Below, piece by piece: positions 41,598-54,480 of a stretch of 64,000 nt of DNA. The position numbers and the translations under genes were made by a program. The number at the start of each line of letters is the position of its first letter. Position 1 is the stretch's first letter. The stretch is from Polyangiales bacterium. GTDB lineage: Bacteria; Myxococcota_A; Polyangia; Polyangiales; Ga0077539. The DNA lies in the NCBI GenBank assembly GCA_046351555.1, contig JAXLYI010000006.1, positions 186,284 through 250,283 on the forward strand, read 5' to 3'. The notes below the pieces were generated by a model. That model was not told the origin of the DNA, did no database searches, and was given only the letters and a program-made list of their open reading frames with translations.

Positions 41598-41640
41598 AGC
41601 CGTTGCGCCGCGCGGGCGCCGCGGTGCACCCTCCCGCGCC

Positions 41641-43305
41641 ATGACGGAAGCGAACACCCCCTTCGCGCTCGCCGACGTGCTCGTCGACGCGCTCGCCGCG
41701 CTGCGCCCGATGCAGGCCACCTTCTGGGGCGTCGCCGGCCACGACCACCGCTGGGACGACCTCTCCCCCGAGGGCGCCGCGCGCGCCGCCGAGGAGCTGC
41801 GCGCGTGGCGCGCCCGGGTCGACGCGCTCCCGCCGCAGGGCGATCGCTGGGGCCGCCTCGCCGTCCACGTCATGCGCGACGCGATCGACCTCGACCTCTC
41901 GGCCTTCGAGCACGGCGACCACCGCGTCGACCTCAACAACATCGCGTCGAGCTTCCAGACGGTTCGCATGACCTTCGACGCGATGGACACCTCCACCGCC
42001 GAGGGCTGGGAACGCGTCGCCGCGCGGCTGGAGGGGGTGGGCGCGGTGCTCGAGGGCTACCGCCGCACGCTCGACGAGGGGCTCCGCCTGGGCCAGGCCG
42101 TCGCCGCCCGCCAGGTGCGCGCGGCCGTGGCGCAGGGGCGCGTCCACGCGGGCGACGGGTCGTACTTCCGCGGGCTCCCGGCGGGTTGCGAGAAGGTCGC
42201 GGGCGGGGCGCTCGCGGCGCGCGTGCGGGCCGGCGCGGAGGCGGCGTGCGCGGCCTACGGGGCGCTCTCCGACTGGCTGGAGGGCTCGTACCTCCCGCGG
42301 GCCCGCGCGGAGGACGGCGTCGGGCGCGCGCGCTACCTGCGCGAGATGCGGCGCTTCCTCGGCGCGACGCCCGACCCGGAGGAGACGTACGCCTGGGGCT
42401 GGGCCGAGGTGGCCCGCATCCGCGCGGAGATGCTCGCGCTCGCCGAGGCTATCGCGCCCGGGCGCTCGCTCGCGGAGGTGCTGACGCTGCTGCGCACCGA
42501 CCCGGCGCGCACGGCGCCCGACCGCGCGTCCTTCCTCGCGGCGATGCGCGCGCTCCAGGAGCGGGCGCTCGCCGAGCTCGACGGGAAGCACTTCGACGTG
42601 CCCGCGCAGATCCGCCGCGTGGAGGTGCGCGAGGCGCCGCCGGGCGGGCCCCTGGGCGCGTACTACGTGCCCCCGTCGGAGGATTTCTCGCGCCCCGGGA
42701 CGGTGTGGTACGCGCTCGACGGCGACGGGCCCTTCGCGCTCTACGACGAGGTGAGCACCGCGTACCACGAGGGCTTCCCGGGCCACCACCTGCAGTGCGG
42801 GGTCCAGGTGTCGCTCACCGCCGACCTCTGCCGCGTGCACCGCGTGGCCTACGGCTACTCGGGCTTCGCCGAGGGCTGGGCGCTCTACGCCGAGCAGCTC
42901 ATGCGCGAGCTCGGCTACTACGAGAAGCCCGAGCACGAGCTCGGGATGCTCGCCAACCAGATGATGCGCGCGTGCCGCGTGGTGATCGACATCGGCTCGC
43001 ACCTCGGCCTCGCCATCCCGGAGGACACATCGTTCCACCCAGGCGAGCGGTGGACGTACGAGCGCGGCGTCGAGATGATGGAGTCGTACGGCGGGATGAC
43101 GCGCGCGCACGCCGAGAGCGAGCTCACGCGCTACCTGGGCTGGCCCGCGCAGGCGATCTCGTACAAGGTCGGGCAGCGGGCGGTGCTCGCGCTGCGGGAG
43201 GAGTTCCTCCGGGCGGGGCGGGGCGGGCTGAAGGACTTCCACGCGCGCGTGCTGGCGTGCGGCAACGTGGGGCTCGACCTGCTGCGCGACGAGGTGCTGG
43301 CGTAG
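41641..43305 (+). CDS. DUF885-family protein
   Basis: Overall similarity to DUF885 proteins (...YHEGFPGHHLQ..., ...GWALYAE...). Confidence 0.6.
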   Translation: MTEANTPFALADVLVDALAALRPMQATFWGVAGHDHRWDDLSPEGAARAAEELRAWRARVDALPPQGDRWGRLAVHVMRDAIDLDLSAFEHGDHRVDLNNIASSFQTVRMTFDAMDTSTAEGWERVAARLEGVGAVLEGYRRTLDEGLRLGQAVAARQVRAAVAQGRVHAGDGSYFRGLPAGCEKVAGGALAARVRAGAEAACAAYGALSDWLEGSYLPRARAEDGVGRARYLREMRRFLGATPDPEETYAWGWAEVARIRAEMLALAEAIAPGRSLAEVLTLLRTDPARTAPDRASFLAAMRALQERALAELDGKHFDVPAQIRRVEVREAPPGGPLGAYYVPPSEDFSRPGTVWYALDGDGPFALYDEVSTAYHEGFPGHHLQCGVQVSLTADLCRVHRVAYGYSGFAEGWALYAEQLMRELGYYEKPEHELGMLANQMMRACRVVIDIGSHLGLAIPEDTSFHPGERWTYERGVEMMESYGGMTRAHAESELTRYLGWPAQAISYKVGQRAVLALREEFLRAGRGGLKDFHARVLACGNVGLDLLRDEVLA

Positions 43306-43309
43306 CGCC

Positions 43310-44596
<1,287 letters not shown>

Positions 44597-44685
44597 CGCC
44601 TCGTGGCGGGCACTCTACCACCGGCGCGGGAAGAATTGACGCGCAACGTCGCCGGCGGGGCGCGCCGGCGACGTTGCACAAGGTT

Positions 44686-47520
44686 TCAGAGGGAGGTCGG
44701 GCAGAGGTCGGGGTTGTACCCGAGGGACGTCGGCGGGGCGACCGTCGCCGCGTCGTCGTCGATGGAGAGGAGGAAGGCCACGATCTGGCGGACCTCGGCG
44801 GCGCGGTCGCCGCTCTGCAGGAAGTTGGTCGAGAGCGCGCGGTAGTGGCGCTCGAAGGTGGTGGAGAAGAGCTCCTCGAGCGTGCGCGCGTTGCCGCCGT
44901 GGAAGAAGGGCGCGCCGGTGCTCATGCCGACGAGGGCGGGCGGGTTGAAGCCGGTGGCGCCCTGCGCGGCGGTGGTCATGTTGGTGCGCACCTCGCGGAC
45001 GCGGACGCCCGCGGGGGAGACGCCCGTCTGCGTGGCGTCGAGCGTGGCGGGGAAGGTGCCGACGTCGCGCAGGGCGCAGTTGATCTGGTCGTTGTTGGCG
45101 TCCATGGGCGTGAGGCGCAGCGCGGCGGTGCGGGTCGCCCCGGCGGTGGCGGGGTTGAGCGCGGCGGGGAAGGCGGCGGGCGCGACGTACGTCCGCACGC
45201 GGAGAAGGCCCGTGGTGGGGTTGTTGTTGGTCTCGCCGGGCACGAAGAAGCGGCGCGACACCGTCCAGCCCGAGCCGCCGTGGCAGGCGGCGCAGTTGTG
45301 CGTCTGGAAGAGGGCGCGGCCCGCGGTGACGTCGGCCATGTTGAGCGAGGTGAGGCCGCGGGGGGGGCGGATGGACTTCACGTACTCGTCGACGTTGTTC
45401 CAGTCGTCGAGGACGGAGCGGGGCATGACGGCGCCGTCGGGCATGAGCTGGCGGACCGAGCCCGAGAGGCCCGCCTGCGGGGTGGCGGTGGCCACCTGCG
45501 GCGCGACGGGCGTGGTGCCGTCGAAGATGACGCGGTCGCTGTTGCCGATGGCGGGCGGGGTCGCGCCGTCGTTGGGGCGGTGGACGACCGCGCCGACGCC
45601 GCCGGAGTTGCCGCGGGTGTTGTTCTCGAAGTCGTGGGTCTCGTCGAAGATCGCGGTCCAGTTGAAGAGCCGCTGGTTGCCCATGCGGTCGAAGCTGCCG
45701 TCGAGGGAGGTGGTCTGCCGCGGGCCGCGGGCGAAGAACCACGTGACGTTGTCCGTCAGGCCGTCGGGGTGGCAGGACTCGCAGGAGTTCCACCCCTGGC
45801 CGCGGAGCGACCAGCGGGCGAGGCCGGTGACGAAGAAGCGCTGGCCGGTGTTGCGCGCGGCGTCCATCCCGGTGGGCGCGTCGGCCGACGCGGCGGCGGA
45901 CACGGCGGTCTGCGTGGAGAGCTGCACGACCGAGACGTTGCGCGACGCGGCGTTGACCACGAAGGCGCTCGAGCGCGCGTTGTCGATCGCGAGGCCCGTC
46001 GGGAGCTGCCCCGCGGGCACGGTGCCGCCGGGGTTGAGGTTGACGAAGGCCACGTCGGGCGCGCCCGCCTCGGCGAGCGTGCCGTCGGCGTTGAAGCGCA
46101 GGCGGAACACCGCGTCGGCCCCGTAGGCCGTGAGGTACGCGATGTTGCTCGTCGGCACGAACGCGATGTCCACCGGGAGCAGCGGGAAGCGCCGCGCCGC
46201 GGTGTCGGGCGTCATGCGGGTGTTGTAGAGCGCGTTCCACGTGCGGGTCATGGTGACGCGCTCGGCCGCCCGCTCCATGTTGGTGTTGGTGTCGACGACG
46301 TACACCGTGGGGTGGATCTGCGTCTTGAAGTTGTTGGCGAGGGTGGTGCCGTCGGTGAGCGTGACGGGGCCCGTCGGGCCGCGCGGCGACTCGCACATGC
46401 CGGTGATGTAGAGCCGGTTGTTGTTGAGCGCGGCGGCGTAGAGCTGGTTGGGGAAGCACCCGGTGACCGCGCCCGAGGCGCCGTCGGTGGCGCCGACGCT
46501 GTCGCGGAAGCCGGTGTCGTCGGTGGGCCCGAGGGTGATGAGCCCCTCCACCATCCCGGTGCCCGCGCTCACCCGGTACACCACGCCCTGGCGCCCGACG
46601 TCGAACGCGCTGTCGTCCGTCGGCACCCCGCTCGTGCGGGCCTGCGAGAAGAACTCCGTCACGTAGAGCGTCTCGTCGGCGTCGTCGCCGTTGCCGTTGT
46701 TGGTGACCACCAGCGCGCGCGGGTGCGCGAGGCCCGGCCGCGCGGAGGTGGTGCCGAGCAGCCCGCTCGACGCGAGCGCCGCGTTGAGGTCGATCGTGCG
46801 CGCGACCGTCATCGTGGCGGGGTCGACCTCGCTCACGGTGCCCTCGGCCCAGTTGGCCACGTAGAGCCGGCGGCCGGTGGGCGAGATCGCGATGCCGGTG
46901 GGCTCGGAGCCGACGTTCGCGCGCGCCGCGTCGAGCGCCGGGGTGCCGCGCAGGCCCGTGACGCGCACCACCTGGCGCGCCTTGCGGAGCACCACGTACG
47001 CGGCGTTGTCGTCGTTGGCCACGACGGCGGCCCAGGGCTCGCCGTCGGGCGTGGGGAGGAGGGCGGTGCGCGAGAGCGTGGTCGAGCCGCCGGCGGTCGA
47101 CACGCCGAACACCGCGACGCTGTTGGCCGTGCGGTTGACGGCGACGAGCGCGCGGTCGTCGCTCGTCAGCGCGACGGCGGAGCCCTGCGTGGTCGTCGTG
47201 CGCGCGGTCGCCGCGGGCGCGTCGGGCGCGACGTCGGGCGCGACGTCGGGCGGCGGGGTCATGTCCGGGGGAGGCGCCACGTCCGGGGGAGCGTCCGGGG
47301 GCGGCGTCACGTCGGGCGGCACCGTCATGTCGGGCGGCGGCGGCGTCATGTCGGGCGGCGGGGGCTGCGTGTCGGGCGGCACCGTCATGTCGGGCGGCGG
47401 CGTCATGTCGGCCGGAGGCGCGTCGGCCCCCGCGTCCTGCGCCGGCGTGCTGCTGTCGCACCCGTACCCGGCCAGCACCCCCGCGAACAGCAGCGGGAAC
47501 GTCCATTTCGTTCGAGTCAT
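44686..47520 (-). CDS. Lipoprotein with beta-propeller region and two c-type heme motifs (CESCH, CAACH), di-heme peroxidase/MauG-like
   Basis: Lipobox LAGYGCD. N-terminal (PPPDMT)n linker. YVANW.. propeller-like repeats. CxxCH twice in the C-terminal third. Confidence 0.6.
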   Translation of the reverse strand: MTRTKWTFPLLFAGVLAGYGCDSSTPAQDAGADAPPADMTPPPDMTVPPDTQPPPPDMTPPPPDMTVPPDVTPPPDAPPDVAPPPDMTPPPDVAPDVAPDAPAATARTTTTQGSAVALTSDDRALVAVNRTANSVAVFGVSTAGGSTTLSRTALLPTPDGEPWAAVVANDDNAAYVVLRKARQVVRVTGLRGTPALDAARANVGSEPTGIAISPTGRRLYVANWAEGTVSEVDPATMTVARTIDLNAALASSGLLGTTSARPGLAHPRALVVTNNGNGDDADETLYVTEFFSQARTSGVPTDDSAFDVGRQGVVYRVSAGTGMVEGLITLGPTDDTGFRDSVGATDGASGAVTGCFPNQLYAAALNNNRLYITGMCESPRGPTGPVTLTDGTTLANNFKTQIHPTVYVVDTNTNMERAAERVTMTRTWNALYNTRMTPDTAARRFPLLPVDIAFVPTSNIAYLTAYGADAVFRLRFNADGTLAEAGAPDVAFVNLNPGGTVPAGQLPTGLAIDNARSSAFVVNAASRNVSVVQLSTQTAVSAAASADAPTGMDAARNTGQRFFVTGLARWSLRGQGWNSCESCHPDGLTDNVTWFFARGPRQTTSLDGSFDRMGNQRLFNWTAIFDETHDFENNTRGNSGGVGAVVHRPNDGATPPAIGNSDRVIFDGTTPVAPQVATATPQAGLSGSVRQLMPDGAVMPRSVLDDWNNVDEYVKSIRPPRGLTSLNMADVTAGRALFQTHNCAACHGGSGWTVSRRFFVPGETNNNPTTGLLRVRTYVAPAAFPAALNPATAGATRTAALRLTPMDANNDQINCALRDVGTFPATLDATQTGVSPAGVRVREVRTNMTTAAQGATGFNPPALVGMSTGAPFFHGGNARTLEELFSTTFERHYRALSTNFLQSGDRAAEVRQIVAFLLSIDDDAATVAPPTSLGYNPDLCPTSL
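47215..47430 (-). repeat. In-frame tandem repeat (GTCATGTCGGGCGGCGG units) encoding a Pro-rich DMTPPPD linker
   Basis: Seen directly. Inside the heme lipoprotein gene. Confidence 0.6.
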
Positions 47521-47756
47521 CGCGTCTCCTCCCATCGGGCACGCCGCCACCGACGGGCGGCAAAAAAGAATCACACCGTGCTGTCCGCCGGCGCATGCGA
47601 CGCCAGCGGACGACCGGTGCGGAGCGAGTCTAGACGTCCCCCTGCGGCGTCGGCCCCACGGAATGTTCAATGGATGCCATTCGCTGCGCCTATCGCCCAG
47701 GTATTGAGCGCGCGCCCTTGCCATCCGCGCGCCCGCGGCGTTACGCACGCGCGGCC

Positions 47757-48746
47757 ATGGAGAGCGTTCGCGCGGTTCGAATCCGCGGGTCAGGCGGGCC
47801 GGAGGTGCTGGAGCTCGGCGAGGTCGCGTGCCGCGCGCCGGGCCACGGCGAGGTGCTCGTGTCGGTGGCGGCGGCGGGGCTCAACCGCGCCGACCTGATG
47901 CAGCGCCGCGGGCTCTACCCGGCCCCGGCGGGATACCCGCCCGACGTGCCGGGGCTGGAGTTCGCCGGGACGGTGGCGCGCGTCGGCGCGGGCGTGGCGG
48001 GCTTCGCGCCGGGCGACCGCGTGATGGGGATCACCGGCGGCGGCGCGATGAGCGAGGCCCTGGTCGCGCACCACCGCGAGCTCCTGCCGGTGCCCGAGGG
48101 GATGCCGCTGGAGGAGGCCGCGGCGATCCCGGAGGCGTTCCTCACGGCGTGGGACGCGTTGTTCGGCCAGGCGGGCGTGGGCCTCGGGGACGTGGCGCTC
48201 GTCCACGCCGCGGCGAGCGGCGTCGGGACGGCGGCCGTGCAGCTCTGCCGCGCCGCGGGGGTGCGCTCGATCGGCACGTCGCGGAGCGCTTCGAAGCTCG
48301 CCGCGGTGAAGGCGCTCGGCCTCGACGAGGCGGTGGTCCCGGGCGAGGCGGGCTTCGCGGACGCCGTCCTCGCGCTCACGGGCGGCCGCGGCGTCGACGC
48401 GACGCTCGACCCCGTCGGCGCGCGCTACCTCGCCGACAACCTCCGCGCGCTCGCCCCGCTCGGCCGCCTCGTGCTCATCGGGCTGATGGGCGGCGCGGCG
48501 GCGGAGGTGCCCCTCGGGCTCCTGCTCACGCGACGTCTGCGGGTGATGGGGACGGTGCTCCGGAGCCGCCCCCACGAGGAGAAGGCCGCCCTCGCGCAGG
48601 CCTTCGCCCGCGCCGTGCTGCCGCTCTTCGCGCGCGGCGCGCTGCGGCCCGTCGTCGACGCCGTGCGCCCGATGGCCGAGGTGCGCGCCGCCCACGAGCG
48701 CATGGAGCGGAACGATACAACCGGCAAGATCGTCCTGCGCTGGTGA
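47757..48746 (+). CDS. NADPH:quinone oxidoreductase (zinc-type ADH/MDR family)
   Basis: VLVSVAAAGLNRADLMQRRGLYP... and the GAASGVGTAAVQL Rossmann motif. Confidence 0.85.
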   Translation: MESVRAVRIRGSGGPEVLELGEVACRAPGHGEVLVSVAAAGLNRADLMQRRGLYPAPAGYPPDVPGLEFAGTVARVGAGVAGFAPGDRVMGITGGGAMSEALVAHHRELLPVPEGMPLEEAAAIPEAFLTAWDALFGQAGVGLGDVALVHAAASGVGTAAVQLCRAAGVRSIGTSRSASKLAAVKALGLDEAVVPGEAGFADAVLALTGGRGVDATLDPVGARYLADNLRALAPLGRLVLIGLMGGAAAEVPLGLLLTRRLRVMGTVLRSRPHEEKAALAQAFARAVLPLFARGALRPVVDAVRPMAEVRAAHERMERNDTTGKIVLRW

Positions 48747-48787
48747 GCGCCCGTGCGGCGCCGCCGCTGAGGGGATATCCTCGCCGC

Positions 48788-50908
48788 ATGCTTGCGCGAC
48801 GGCCGTGGCTCCTCGCACCGCTCTCCCTGGCCGTCGGGTGCGGCCTCCTCGCCGAGGCCGAGCGCACCGCGCTGCCGCTGACGGACGGCGGGATGGACGC
48901 GCCCCGCAGCGACCGCCCCGCCGCCGACCGGCCCGACGCCGACCGTGCGGACGTCGACGACGTGGGCGACGCGTTCGATGCGGGCGACGCGCTCGATGCG
49001 GGCGACGCGCTCGACGCGGCCGCGGACGACGGCGCGGCGGAGATGGACCGACCCGACGCCGACGACGTGGCCGACGCGGCCGACGTGATGGACGCGGGCG
49101 ACGCGACGAGCGCGATGGACGCGGGCGACGCGATGGACGCGGGCGACGCGACGAGCGCGATGGACGCGGGCGACGCGATGGACGCGGGCGACGCGACGGA
49201 CGCGCCGGGCGTGGCCGACGGCGGAGACGCGACGGTCTCACCGGACGTGGCCGACGTGTTCGATGTCCCCGACGGTGACGGCGCCCTGCCGGTGTGCCCG
49301 CGCCCCCGGCTGATCGCGCCCCTCTCCAACTCGGTGTCCACGGGCTCGCAGGTCCGCTTCACCTTCGCGCCGGTGCCGGGCGTGTCGACGTACCGCGTCC
49401 TGCTGTGCGTGCGGCGCGGGTGCGACGGGGTCACGCCGACGTGGTCGCGCGACGTGAGCGTCGTGGCGGAGCCGATGAGCGCGAGCGCCGTGGTGCTGCC
49501 GAGCGAGGTCCCCTCCGTCGTGCCCGGGGTGTACTGGTGGATGGTCACCTCGCGCGGGCCCGGCTGCGCGGCGGCCAGCTCCGAGCCGTGGGAGCTGCGC
49601 GTCGGCGTGGCGCCCCCGATGACCTCGGGCGACGCGACCTGGTGGGGCGCGTACGCGGACTTCAACAGCGACGGCTACGCCGACCTCGCGGTGGGCGACC
49701 CCGCCCCGAGCGCGAGCGGCTCGGGCGTGGTGTACGTGCACCACGGCTCGTCCGACGCGGTGCCCGCAAGCCCGAGCACGATGCTCACGCGCAGCGCCGC
49801 GGGGTTCGGCGGCGCCGTCGCCTCGGCGGGGGACTTCGACGGCGACGGCTACGGCGACCTCGCGGCCGCGGTCAACGGCGCGGTGCAGGTGTTCCGCGGC
49901 GGCGCGTCGGGCCTCGACAGCCGCGTCGGCAACGAGCTCGTGCCCGCAGGACTCCCCGCCGACGCCACCGAGGTGCGCGCGGTCGGCGTGGGCGACGTGA
50001 ACGGCGACGGCTTCGGCGACCTCGTCGCGCGGGCGAGCGTCACCGGCGGCGCCCGCGTGTACTTCGCCGCGGGCGGGCCGCGGGCGACGAGCTTCGTGGA
50101 GGTGCCGCGCCCGGTCGACGCGACGACGTCCACGGCGTGCCCGCTCTACGGCGCCAGCGTCGCGCCCGCGGGCGACGTCAACGGCGACGGCTTCGCGGAC
50201 TTCGCCATCGGCTGCCCCGCGACGACCCCCGGCGGCCCGTCCTCGACGGCCCCCGCGCGCGTCTACGTCGTGCTCGGCGGCGCCACCTTCGACCCGCGCG
50301 CCCCCCGCGCCGTGCCGCTCCGCCCGCCCGCGATGTCCGAGATGGGCTCGTCCTTCGGGCACCTCGTCGCGGGCGTCGGCAACGCCACGGGGACGCGCCG
50401 CGCCGCCCTCGCCGTCGGCGACGAGACCACCGGCAACCACGTGCGGCTGTTCGAGTTCGACGCCGCGAGCCCGCCCGCGGCCACGGAGGTCGCGCTCCCC
50501 GCGGGGCTTCCGGGGCTGCTGTCCGTGCTCGGCTCGCTGCGCCCGCTGACGGCGCTGACCGGCGTCGGGGACGTCAACCGCGACGGCATCGGCGACTACG
50601 CCCTCGCGTTCGGCACCGGGCTCGCGCCACTGGTGGTGCTCGTCCCCTCGCTGCAGGCGCCCGCGCGCTACAACCCCGCGCTCCTGCTCGACCCGGTGAT
50701 CGCGCTCGCCGGCGCGGGCGACGCCGACTCCGACGGCTTCGACGACCTCGCCGTCGGCTTCCGGCTCTCCGTCGGCGGCGGGCGGGTTCAGGTGTTCCGC
50801 GGCGTGTCGAGCTTCGCCGAGACGCCGACGCCCGCGCCGCGCTCGGCCCTGCTCAGCGCACCCTCCGGGCGGACGCGCTACGCGATCTCGCTGGCCGGCG
50901 GCCGCTGA
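48788..50908 (+). CDS. FG-GAP (integrin-alpha-like) repeat lipoprotein with N-terminal Asp/Ala-rich tandem repeats
   Basis: Lipobox LSLAVGCG. Multiple GDFNGDGYADLAVG / GDVNGDGFGDL FG-GAP blades. Confidence 0.8.
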   Translation: MLARRPWLLAPLSLAVGCGLLAEAERTALPLTDGGMDAPRSDRPAADRPDADRADVDDVGDAFDAGDALDAGDALDAAADDGAAEMDRPDADDVADAADVMDAGDATSAMDAGDAMDAGDATSAMDAGDAMDAGDATDAPGVADGGDATVSPDVADVFDVPDGDGALPVCPRPRLIAPLSNSVSTGSQVRFTFAPVPGVSTYRVLLCVRRGCDGVTPTWSRDVSVVAEPMSASAVVLPSEVPSVVPGVYWWMVTSRGPGCAAASSEPWELRVGVAPPMTSGDATWWGAYADFNSDGYADLAVGDPAPSASGSGVVYVHHGSSDAVPASPSTMLTRSAAGFGGAVASAGDFDGDGYGDLAAAVNGAVQVFRGGASGLDSRVGNELVPAGLPADATEVRAVGVGDVNGDGFGDLVARASVTGGARVYFAAGGPRATSFVEVPRPVDATTSTACPLYGASVAPAGDVNGDGFADFAIGCPATTPGGPSSTAPARVYVVLGGATFDPRAPRAVPLRPPAMSEMGSSFGHLVAGVGNATGTRRAALAVGDETTGNHVRLFEFDAASPPAATEVALPAGLPGLLSVLGSLRPLTALTGVGDVNRDGIGDYALAFGTGLAPLVVLVPSLQAPARYNPALLLDPVIALAGAGDADSDGFDDLAVGFRLSVGGGRVQVFRGVSSFAETPTPAPRSALLSAPSGRTRYAISLAGGR
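48886..49215 (+). repeat. Near-perfect in-frame tandem nucleotide repeats (GCGGGCGACGCGATGGACGCGGGCGACGCGACGAGCGCGATGGAC duplicated)
   Basis: Seen directly. Encodes DAGDAMDAGDATSAM repeats. Confidence 0.65.
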
Positions 50909-50914
50909 CCGCGC

Positions 50915-52170
50915 TCAGTCGTCGCGGTGACGCCGCGCGCGCCGCGGGCCCACGGGCGCCGCCGTGAAGCGCACGCCGTCGTCGATCGCGCCGCCGCGGA
51001 GCGCGCCCGTCGGCAGCGCGTGGAGGCGGTAGCTGTTCACCGGCAGCAGCAGCGGGTTGGTGCTCGCCGTGCCGCGGAGCGAGAGGGCGCCGCGCGCCTC
51101 GTCCCAGGAGCCGTCGACGTTCTCGCGCACCTGCTCGCCCTCGCGCGCGCCCTGGACGCTCACCGCCGACCACGCGAGGTAACCCCGCACGCTCCCGTCG
51201 GCCTCGAGGCGCAGCGACAGCACCACGCCCCAGCGGCTCTCCCCGCCCTCGGTCGCGCCCTGCCACGTGCGCCGCTCCGCAGGAGCCCACGCGAAGGCTG
51301 TCCCCTCCGGTCGCGCGGCCGCGTTCGCGGGAACAGGCACAGGCGCAGGCGCAGTGGAACGTGCGGGCGGGGGTTCTTCCTCGGGGCGCTCCGCGGCGGG
51401 CGGCGCGTACGCCGGTGCGGGCGCGAGGGACGGGGCGGGCGCAGGCGGCGGGTCATGGACGCCGACCCACGCGACGAAGCCCGCGGTGGCCACCGCGAAG
51501 CCCAGCGAGAGGCCGACGCCCATCGCGACCCACCACGGCAGGCGAACGCGCGTCGGGTGCCGCGACGCGGCCGCGGGCTCCGCGACGAAGGTGATCGGGT
51601 TGTCCTCGCGCAGTGGCGGCGGGCGCGAGGCGGTCGACGGGGGCGACGAAGGCCGCGCGGGCGTCGCGTAGCGGGCCGGCGGAACCTGCGACGGGCGCGG
51701 GCGCGGCACCTCGCGCTGCGCGACCGCGCCGGGGACGTACACGGGCTGACGTCCCGTCGCCTGGCGCGCGCGGCTCGACCCGCTGTCGCGCGCGAACACC
51801 TCGCGCACCGCGGCGCGCGGCGGCGGCAGCGTGCGCGGGCGAACCTCGCGGGTCACCTCCTCGGAGGCGAGGAGCAGCGCGCGAACGGCGGCCGGGGGCT
51901 GGGACACCGGGCGCGACGGCGGCTCGAGGTAGCCCTGCACCGTGGGGATCGCCTCCGTACGCTCCTCGCCGTCCTCGCGCACGGTGTCCATCACGAGGTC
52001 CGACCGCACCGTGTCCATCGCGAGGTCGTGCGCGACGTCGGGCGGGGCCGTGTCGGCCGCCAGGTCGGGCGAGCCCTCGAGAAGACGCAGATGCTCTCCC
52101 GACTGGGACGCGGCGCGCTGGGGTCGATCTCCCACGGTGCTTCCCTTCTCGCCTCGTCCCGTCACGCGTC
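50915..52170 (-). CDS. Hypothetical single-pass membrane protein
   Basis: One TM helix (LPWWVAMGVGLSLGFAVATAGFVAWVGV), Pro-rich flanks. Directly downstream of the FHA-sigma54 activator. The start is uncertain. Confidence 0.4.
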
Positions 52171-52328
52171 CGCTCATCCTCGGGGTGGTGCGCCGATGGC
52201 GCCCACTGAAATGTACAACGGCCCAAGCGCGCGCCGTTGCGCACATTCCGCACGATTCTGCGTTTCGCGTCAAGTCACCGGTTCGGAAGTTTTCACGTCG
52301 CCCGCGATTCGAACGGACGAGCGACGGC

Positions 52329-54452
<2,124 letters not shown>

Positions 54453-54480
54453 GTTATCAGGGCGAAGGGGGCGCGGGCAA

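Noticed and set aside
48886-49215. Possible CRISPR array suggested by short regularly spaced repeats
   Set aside because: The repeats are in-frame within coding sequences and encode Asp/Ala-, Pro- or Val/Thr-rich linkers. There are no unique spacers, no leader, and no cas genes nearby. The same applies to 15750-15910, 47215-47430 and 63285-63500.
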